Part shown: positions 57,212 to 64,000 of the stretch, in pieces | Layout: each line of letters starts with the position of its first letter | How positions within the stretch are numbered: the first letter of the stretch is position 1 | The notes under the pieces: model-generated | What the model was told of the DNA's origin: nothing | The model's database searches: none | Seen by the model: only the letters and a program-made list of their open reading frames with translations | Source of the DNA: a virus | IMG/VR virus record: IMGVR_UViG_3300023179_000029 | Coordinates: 1-64,000 of that record | DNA: 64,000 bases | Strand: one strand, 5' to 3' | Translations under genes and position numbers: made by a program

Positions 57212-58369
57212 TTAAACCGGTGATGCTATGCCAAGTTCTTTGCAAATTTTGCGAACGTAAGCAATAGTTTCATTAATTGTTTTCCATGAACCATTATCTG
57301 CTCTTACAGGGCCAGCGTTATAGGCCGCTAAAGACAGCGGAATGTCCCCATTATATTTTTTCAAATATGTTTTGAATTCTATTACTCCAGCGTCAATGTT
57401 TTTAGCATTGTCTGTACGAATTTCATTTGCACTATATCCACTTTGCTCTTCTACAAATTGAGGCATTAGCTGCATCAGCCCAACTGCCCCCGCGCCCGAT
57501 CCCGCATTTGGATTGAAATCAGATTCTGCTCTAATGATTGCGCGGATAATATTTGGATCAACCCCATGTTTTCTACAAGCTTGGGATATTAATCGCTCTA
57601 CCCAATCCGGACCTCGGCTACCAGATTTAGTTTTTTCAGTAGACACGGGGCTGCCGGTATCTGGCTCGCTTCCACCGGCCGAACCATATGCAGAGGCTCC
57701 AATTATTTGATGCAAAAATTCATGAAATTCTTTAATAGATGATGCATTCTCTTTTGCTGTGTCACTATATAATTTTTTAACGATTTCTGAAATCTGTTCA
57801 CTTGGTAATTCTTGAATATAAATATTTTTATCGTTCCAACCGCCAATTTCTTTTAAAATTTGATGTAATAAATAACCGATGCTGCCATCGTGTAATGAAC
57901 CATTGAAGCGATTATCTGTATTAAATGCAGTCCCTTCCGCAGTGACCGACCATCCCGTTTTATTCATAAAATCTCTGACAAAGGGCAAAGCGGGGTCCCA
58001 GTATGTATACTGAAGCCTTTTTAAAGTACAGGAGGCAGTAAGTTCAGCGTTACCCGGTAATAGTTGAACGTATGGCGTTGTGTCGCAATATCCGGTAAAT
58101 ACCTGAATGGGCCTGCCCTTAAGACGAGTTAAGGTGATAATGATCGGGTCCATTGGGTGAAACATTGGACCAATAGAGCCATTGATTTCATGTTCTGTAA
58201 AAAGCATTTTATTGTCGACTTTAGGATTTCTAAATTGAATGCGGGCATAACTGGTCGCATTAATTCTACGATCAATGTTAAATCCTATAATATAGGGACT
58301 TAAATCAAAAACACCTGAATCCGATTTAATCCAAACATTTATAGAAGGAGAATAAACGAGTCTTTTCAT
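57212..58369 (-). CDS. Hub N-half paralog B plus soluble lytic transglycosylase (SLT)
   Basis: Shared N-terminus; AIIRAESDF, GAVGLMQLMP, LAAYNAG, ETIAYV. Confidence 0.85.
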   Translation of the reverse strand: MKRLVYSPSINVWIKSDSGVFDLSPYIIGFNIDRRINATSYARIQFRNPKVDNKMLFTEHEINGSIGPMFHPMDPIIITLTRLKGRPIQVFTGYCDTTPYVQLLPGNAELTASCTLKRLQYTYWDPALPFVRDFMNKTGWSVTAEGTAFNTDNRFNGSLHDGSIGYLLHQILKEIGGWNDKNIYIQELPSEQISEIVKKLYSDTAKENASSIKEFHEFLHQIIGASAYGSAGGSEPDTGSPVSTEKTKSGSRGPDWVERLISQACRKHGVDPNIIRAIIRAESDFNPNAGSGAGAVGLMQLMPQFVEEQSGYSANEIRTDNAKNIDAGVIEFKTYLKKYNGDIPLSLAAYNAGPVRADNGSWKTINETIAYVRKICKELGIASPV

Positions 58370-58370
58370 T

Positions 58371-59606
58371 TTATAATCCTTCTATATGTCTAGGAGTAAA
58401 TCCGTTAGTTGGATAACTATCCATCCAACCAACTGTGTGAGTATGTCCGCCATGACCATCGGGATTTTTATTTTGAATCGAACTTGCTGTTCCAATAAAT
58501 TTAGACCCTCCATTTTTATCAGTTATTTCGGTAAAAACATGCCCGGCATTAGCCCAAACTGTCATGTACCTACCTTTTCCGGGAACACCCCAATTATTTT
58601 CAAACCAACCAGAAGTTTCGGCATAAGACAACCCGTATTTACCAATAAATTTCATCATATAAGAAGTAAAACTTGAACAATCAAAATAATAGGCGCCATT
58701 TAAAGCTTTTGGCGGATTTGTTAAATGATCCGGTGTTATTCTTGCGGCAACTTGCGAATAAACGGTCGTATGATTATGAATTCTATTCGCCTCATTAATC
58801 CATTGTTGCACTAATGCTGGGGCATCTTGCGGCGCTACCGGGCTATTACCCGGATTGCTACTAGACGACGAATTATCCGCTTGTCCAGATAACGAACCGT
58901 AAGCTGACGCTCCGATCAAGTTATGCAAAAATTCATGAAATTCTTTAACTGATTTTGCATTTTCTTTTGAAGTATCTTCGTATAATTTAGCCACAATGTT
59001 TTTTATGCTATCTGGCAACCCCTCAATATAAATGTTTTTATCATTCCAACCGCCAATCTCTTTTAAAATGTTTAAAAGTAAAGATCCCATGCTGCTATCT
59101 TTACTAGTATTTGCCTTTTCTTCAACACTAAAATTGATGGCCGTACCATCATCTTTGACACCCCATCCATTAGCGATCATAAAATCTCTGACAAAGGGCA
59201 AAGCGGGGTCCCAATATGTGTGCTGTAATCTTTTTAAAGTACAGGAGGCCTGTATTTGAGCCATTCCCGGCAATAATTGGATATATGGCGTTGTGTCACA
59301 GTAACCGGTAAATACCTGAATGGGCCTACCTTTTAAACGAGTTAAGGTGATGATGATTGGATCCATGGGATGAAACATTGGGCGAATGGATCCATCTGGG
59401 TAGATATGCTCGGTAAATAAAAATCTGGTCTGATTAGCATTCCTTTCATCAGCAACTTTTGGGTTTCTAAAATCAATAGAAGCATAGCTAGTTGCGTTGA
59501 TTCTACGATCAACTGCAAATGAAGTGACATAGGGGCTTAAATCAAAAACGCCCGTGTCAGATTTTACCCAAACATTAACCGATGGGGAATAAACTAATCT
59601 TTTCAT
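58371..59606 (-). CDS. Hub N-half paralog A plus NlpC/P60-like peptidase
   Basis: Shared N-terminus; FDCSSFTSY (catalytic Cys), WANAGHVF (His). Confidence 0.8.
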   Translation of the reverse strand: MKRLVYSPSVNVWVKSDTGVFDLSPYVTSFAVDRRINATSYASIDFRNPKVADERNANQTRFLFTEHIYPDGSIRPMFHPMDPIIITLTRLKGRPIQVFTGYCDTTPYIQLLPGMAQIQASCTLKRLQHTYWDPALPFVRDFMIANGWGVKDDGTAINFSVEEKANTSKDSSMGSLLLNILKEIGGWNDKNIYIEGLPDSIKNIVAKLYEDTSKENAKSVKEFHEFLHNLIGASAYGSLSGQADNSSSSSNPGNSPVAPQDAPALVQQWINEANRIHNHTTVYSQVAARITPDHLTNPPKALNGAYYFDCSSFTSYMMKFIGKYGLSYAETSGWFENNWGVPGKGRYMTVWANAGHVFTEITDKNGGSKFIGTASSIQNKNPDGHGGHTHTVGWMDSYPTNGFTPRHIEGL

Positions 59607-60628
59607 TTATTATGACCACCATACCCACCCCTAGATCTATTGCTAGCATAGTGATTAGAATACTGAGGGCCTGTAGTATGTTTTCCAGACCCTACGGTGC
59701 CTTTTTTAATTGAATCTGCCCAGCGTTTACGATCTCTTATAATATTTGGATTGGCTTCACCAAAACTTCCAACCGGTACGGGCGATGCTCCAACCGTAGT
59801 TGACTGTGGATTTTTAACAGGTTGACCAGAAGCAATTGGTTGATTTGGATTTTTTTGTTGAGGACCAATAATCCTAAAAATTTCCATCCATGATGAAATT
59901 TGGCTACCATCATCTTCGACATCTTCATAAATACCAATTTTATCCGCTTTCATAGTAGAATACGCGGGAATAAATTCAAATTGAAAATCAGGAGCAAAAT
60001 TAAATTTTGTTGCCCCAGCTGCAATATTTGTGATATATCCTTCGACTTTTAAAGGTAGGTGTCCTCCCTTGGTATGCCTTGGAGCCGATTTAACAACTTT
60101 TGGTCCCGAGTCTTTAACCAATAGCGTGATCGTTTGAGCGCTAACACTTGCGCCTTTTCGTGCTTTATCTGGATTGCCGTCTTTATTATCATAAAGATCT
60201 TGGTTTCCGGTAACCGCAGCAAAATGACATTCTCTAATAAAAGATGCAAGCCTGTTATATTCTTTTTGATTTGGCATTGTGCCAGAAACTGTCATTTTTG
60301 GTTGATTAAATGCTCTTGGAAAAAATTGTCTACGATAACGACTTTGACCAGTCACCCCGGTCAAAGAAAAATCAATATTAATTTCATTTACCCAAAGTTT
60401 CATGTATGCCCCAAATGGAGCCAAAAGAGCAACATTCCAATTTTGCCCTTTACTATCAGGACTAACATTGGGAATATTAACTGCATAACCCTTATCGGAT
60501 CTATTTTCAAGAATTTTTAATTCTTTAGATTCATATTGATTTGATTGCCTGTATGCATTGTTTTTATATAGACCATCATTAATGCGTCTTTTTGGCGATC
60601 TAGGATGTGTTTTCTTTTCTTTTGCCAT
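59603..60628 (-). CDS. Tail/baseplate structural protein
   Basis: 341 aa between TMP and hub genes. Confidence 0.65.
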   Translation of the reverse strand: MAKEKKTHPRSPKRRINDGLYKNNAYRQSNQYESKELKILENRSDKGYAVNIPNVSPDSKGQNWNVALLAPFGAYMKLWVNEINIDFSLTGVTGQSRYRRQFFPRAFNQPKMTVSGTMPNQKEYNRLASFIRECHFAAVTGNQDLYDNKDGNPDKARKGASVSAQTITLLVKDSGPKVVKSAPRHTKGGHLPLKVEGYITNIAAGATKFNFAPDFQFEFIPAYSTMKADKIGIYEDVEDDGSQISSWMEIFRIIGPQQKNPNQPIASGQPVKNPQSTTVGASPVPVGSFGEANPNIIRDRKRWADSIKKGTVGSGKHTTGPQYSNHYASNRSRGGYGGHNK

Positions 60629-61323
60629 TATGAACTCTTATTTTGTCCCCATTTAGGTATCGAAACGTCGGCTCCTAAAGATGAAAAATCTGCGTTGTCA
60701 AGCCAAGATGGAAGAATCTTGCCATAAAATTGTACGGTTTCATTATCCCATCTTTTGGGATCGTTTTGTTTATATTGTTTATTTGTCGGAGCGCTCCAAG
60801 GATTGTTTTCATGAAATCCTATTTCCGCAGTGGCTGTACCAAAGGGGCTAAATTCTCCTTCGGTGGAAACTCCTGCAAAATCTTGAGAAGATAAAACGGA
60901 ATCTTCAAATCTATCATCAAATTCAGAAACCGCCGCTTGTAATTCCCATGTAGGTGCAGTCACCTCTGTCCCATATTTAAAACCGGGCAAATTTTTAGGC
61001 CAAATAGAGAATTTCCAATCTCTATGTGGGTAATACATTTCCACGGGTCTGCTATCATATTTAGGATCACCAGCGCGACCCTGCGTTGCATTTTGCATGT
61101 AAGAAATAAACCATTTGTAAATAACTTCAATGTCTCTATATGTTCTAACCTCTCCACTAATATTTAAATCGTCAACATACATAGATAAAATTTGTACAAC
61201 TTCGCCGCCATATGTCGGATAATTAGCGGTATTTAATCCATATGACCAAACAATTTCATTCGGTTTAACACGAACAACTAAATCATCTGTCATAGAAGGG
61301 TGTTTAAAAATTAATTCATTCAT
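60628..61323 (-). CDS. Tail-tube initiator-like protein
   Basis: P.EI.WSY.LNT..YPTYGGEVVQILS; directly after TMP. Confidence 0.65.
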   Translation of the reverse strand: MNELIFKHPSMTDDLVVRVKPNEIVWSYGLNTANYPTYGGEVVQILSMYVDDLNISGEVRTYRDIEVIYKWFISYMQNATQGRAGDPKYDSRPVEMYYPHRDWKFSIWPKNLPGFKYGTEVTAPTWELQAAVSEFDDRFEDSVLSSQDFAGVSTEGEFSPFGTATAEIGFHENNPWSAPTNKQYKQNDPKRWDNETVQFYGKILPSWLDNADFSSLGADVSIPKWGQNKSS

Positions 61324-63050
61324 CAGCTTGAACCGCCCGTGGTTTTGCCTGTTCTTCTATAAGGCGGTGCGTGGCCACGCGAAGCGGTGCGAGCGCCTCC
61401 AGAACCTACAGTAACTTTAGTTTCTCCGCTGGGGTCCCCATCAATTTCGAGATATCTTCTAGAAGCATCTGATAATCTAATCGTCACAACATTATTCCCC
61501 TGTGGTACATTTTCTTCTTGCTCTTGATTTCCCAATATTTCTTCATATTTATGTTTTTGAGCGTAAGCTCTTTTAACCATTTGGCTGGCTGTTAAATTAG
61601 GTCCATGCGGGCCAGCAGCTAAAACTTCGTTAATTTGCTTAGTATCAAGACCAGAGGCTTGCATGGCTTTAACTAAACCGGAATTTGACCCCCCTTGACT
61701 GGTAATTAATGCTTTAAGCGCATTAGGATTGGTTTTAGCAAGTTGCGAAGCATTTTGAGAATAAGCTTGAAATCCGGATTCTACAGCAGCTCTTTTTTTA
61801 GAAATTTCTTCAGTCCGTCTCATTTTTTGTAAATCGGCAGTGTCGATGCCAAGCATATATGCAACATCGGCATCGCGCTTATCTTGACCAAATTGAGTTA
61901 CCTTAAGTCCAGTGACGGGATCTCTGCTTACTGTGTCCTTTGGTGCCGGACCCATTTGGTTATAAAGCATGTCAATAGTTTGATACATCGCGTTATTTCT
62001 TTGTGCATATGTCGCTAGGCCTAATTGCCATGGATTTAAATTTCCGCCTCTCATCAAATTTGCTTGCACTAATCCATTATTTTGTAAACGATTAATTGCT
62101 AAGGCGGGTACACCAGTGGTCAAAGTCATGGCGGTCATTGTTTTGACTCCATTTAAAAACGTTCCGCCCGTTTGTCTTGATAAATCTCCAAATTGATTAA
62201 CATCGTTCATCATTTGATTGACATTGACATGAGCAGCCCTAGCCGCAGGAACTAAATCTTTCATTGCGTCAGTAAAATCTCTAACGCTGTTGGACCCGTA
62301 TCTAACGCTTTTATCAAGCATTTCATGCACCAATGGGTCGCTCGCAAATCCCGCTCCGATGCTTTTATTTAATTCGACCAATCCTGAAAAAACAGAATTA
62401 AATCCAGAGGTTCCTTGATTGTATCCAAGACCTAGAGTTGCTTTACCAAGTTCTTCCGCCTGTCCAGTAGTAATTCCGCCCCGCCACCCAGTTTTTAAAG
62501 CGCTTAATTTAAATTTAAGACCTTCTACGAGCGCAGGATTAAAAGGCGAACGAAAACCAATATCGGTTCCGGGAATAGTAACGTCGCCACTGGCGCCACT
62601 AATCCCTTGCATCTCTCCAATACTATTTAATTCGGTGGCGATAGCTCCATATTTGGCTCCCGCTTTTGAAACTGTGTCTACAACAGCCTTTGCACGGGGT
62701 ACGTAATCTGATCCCGCTTTAGAGAAAAATTGGGCGCCTTTTTCAGCAGATCTTTCTATAGCTTTTGGCGGCCGACTAATACCATCTTCTTGTTCTTGTT
62801 TGCTTCTTTTCTTTTCTAATGAAGAACTTAATTTACTAAGTCCGGCAGAAGCCAGTTTGAACATATCATTACTTTTGCCTGCGGGTGTAATGCTAGAATT
62901 AGGGGGTGTTGATTGACTGCCTTCCTCGCCTTCTGCTGCGCCAACGCCACCGCTTTTAACGCTAATGTCAATATCGGATAAAACTCCCTTGATTTCCCCT
63001 AGGAGCTTAACGACTTCAGCGTTACCGATGGCTTCTATATTGTCTGGCAT
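61323..63050 (-). CDS. Tape measure protein (short)
   Basis: 575 aa Ala/Gly-rich helical protein downstream of the frameshifted tail chaperone. Confidence 0.7.
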   Translation of the reverse strand: MPDNIEAIGNAEVVKLLGEIKGVLSDIDISVKSGGVGAAEGEEGSQSTPPNSSITPAGKSNDMFKLASAGLSKLSSSLEKKRSKQEQEDGISRPPKAIERSAEKGAQFFSKAGSDYVPRAKAVVDTVSKAGAKYGAIATELNSIGEMQGISGASGDVTIPGTDIGFRSPFNPALVEGLKFKLSALKTGWRGGITTGQAEELGKATLGLGYNQGTSGFNSVFSGLVELNKSIGAGFASDPLVHEMLDKSVRYGSNSVRDFTDAMKDLVPAARAAHVNVNQMMNDVNQFGDLSRQTGGTFLNGVKTMTAMTLTTGVPALAINRLQNNGLVQANLMRGGNLNPWQLGLATYAQRNNAMYQTIDMLYNQMGPAPKDTVSRDPVTGLKVTQFGQDKRDADVAYMLGIDTADLQKMRRTEEISKKRAAVESGFQAYSQNASQLAKTNPNALKALITSQGGSNSGLVKAMQASGLDTKQINEVLAAGPHGPNLTASQMVKRAYAQKHKYEEILGNQEQEENVPQGNNVVTIRLSDASRRYLEIDGDPSGETKVTVGSGGARTASRGHAPPYRRTGKTTGGSS

Positions 63051-63085
63051 TGTAATCCCGTTCTATCTATGCTATCATCATAGCT

Positions 63086-63622
63086 ATGAAACTAACTTTG
63101 AATAAAATTCTATTTTCAATTTGGATCGGATTTATATTGATTCAGAGCAATAATCCAAATCCCAATTCAACATCAAGTATGAACTTTTTGAAAATTACTG
63201 GTTTATTAATTGCTATTGCAATAATTAATTGGTGGATTTCAGAGACAATAGAGCAAAATAAGCGCTTGGAAGAACATGGAGGCGTCGACCCTTGGGAAGT
63301 TTATCGCAAATACGTTTATCAATACTATTACATGTCTGGTGAAATTGGTGGTTGGACGGTTACCTCCATTAATTTGCCGACGCCATTTGATTCAGAATAT
63401 TATAAGCACAAAGAAATATGGCATAAGCCCGGTTATTGGCAAGACGAATGGAAGGCTTTTTGTCTTGGCATGCCTTCAGTTTACACTGAAGCCAAGAGCT
63501 TGCCAGCACCTTGGCGCGGCCCGACCATGAGTTCAATCAATCCATCTATTTATTACAAGGGTACCGAACAAGAGATTCGCTCATGGCGCGAAAATCTACT
63601 TAATGACGCCCTCCCTCTTTAA
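63086..63622 (+). CDS. Membrane protein on the opposite strand within the tail operon
   Basis: Two N-terminal hydrophobic segments, W/Y-rich soluble domain; own TGcTATCAT promoter. Confidence 0.7.
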   Translation: MKLTLNKILFSIWIGFILIQSNNPNPNSTSSMNFLKITGLLIAIAIINWWISETIEQNKRLEEHGGVDPWEVYRKYVYQYYYMSGEIGGWTVTSINLPTPFDSEYYKHKEIWHKPGYWQDEWKAFCLGMPSVYTEAKSLPAPWRGPTMSSINPSIYYKGTEQEIRSWRENLLNDALPL

Positions 63623-63955
63623 TTCAGCAAGCAGCTTATTAACATCGTCCTCTGTTTCAGGGACAACGGCATCAATTTCAAAATCGCCTTCTTCGACATC
63701 GGCTTCATTAAATAGAGCGCCATACAAATCAGGGTTAGAAATAAAGATGCTATTTTTTAACTCAGCTTCTTTTTGCTGAAGCGCATTTTTGGAATCTACG
63801 GAAATTTTGTATATAAGAAGCCTGCGTTGAACAGCATTTAATCCTGTTCTTCGGCCTCCAACATGTTCATAATTTCCGATACTGTTGATGAATCGGCCTT
63901 CGGCATCGAAGAGTCTGGCGAGGCCGTAAAGGTACTCAGACTCTCTTGTGATAAA
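63596..63955 (-). CDS. Tail assembly chaperone, -1 frameshift extension (GT)
   Basis: ~119-codon frame FITRESEYLYGLARLF...LKREGVIK* with no start codon, entered at GGAAAATTTA (63961-63952). Confidence 0.78.
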   Translation of the reverse strand, partial: FITRESEYLYGLARLFDAEGRFINSIGNYEHVGGRRTGLNAVQRRLLIYKISVDSKNALQQKEAELKNSIFISNPDLYGALFNEADVEEGDFEIDAVVPETEDDVNKLLAELKREGVIK

Positions 63956-63999
63956 TTTTCCATTTCCTCCAAAACGTTCGCCTGTCTTTCAAGTAATTG
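63838..63999 (-). CDS. Tail assembly chaperone G (3' end; starts beyond the window)
   Basis: ..QLLERQANVLEEMENLSQES..MLEAEEQD* contains the slippery site. Confidence 0.72.
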   Translation of the reverse strand, partial: QLLERQANVLEEMENLSQESLSTFTASPDSSMPKADSSTVSEIMNMLEAEEQD

Positions 64000-64000
64000 C

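Noticed and set aside
1-64000. Stop-codon reassignment
   Set aside because: Long genes are intact in the standard code, all three stops terminate genes, and no suppressor tRNA was found.

Overview
The whole window is part of a large tailed-phage genome with a contractile tail. Its gene content and order resemble cluster-C (Bxz1-like) actinophage myoviruses; this is an inference from motifs and synteny, with no search run. Minus strand 1-23700 holds portal (running off the left edge), three mosaic acidic putative head proteins, terminase large subunit, three paralogous fibre-like proteins, and a tRNA region with 12 intact tRNAs and one split tRNA. That region is interspersed with two HNH nucleases, a holin, an M15/GH25 endolysin, a deaminase, a candidate structured ncRNA, a large GH-A-clan hydrolase and a class II RNR. 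Plus strand 24034-39680 is a replication/recombination block (DnaC, DnaB, primase, DnaE, RecA, resolvases, Cas4-like nuclease, sigma-like protein, SNF2 helicase). Minus strand 39672-64000 is the baseplate/tail block ending in a tail chaperone with a -1 frameshift. Four observations stand out. (1) A tRNA-Lys(UUU) gene is broken at its anticodon arm by a cassette of an HNH nuclease plus a different, intact tRNA-Lys(UUU), and a second HNH-tRNA cassette has the same overlap architecture. (2) The baseplate hub appears split into three paralogous N-halves, each with a different cell-wall hydrolase, plus one C-half gene. (3) Several virion proteins show recursive 'Russian-doll' domain insertions. (4) A promoter-bearing, pseudoknotted ~120-nt RNA lies directly upstream of the second HNH.
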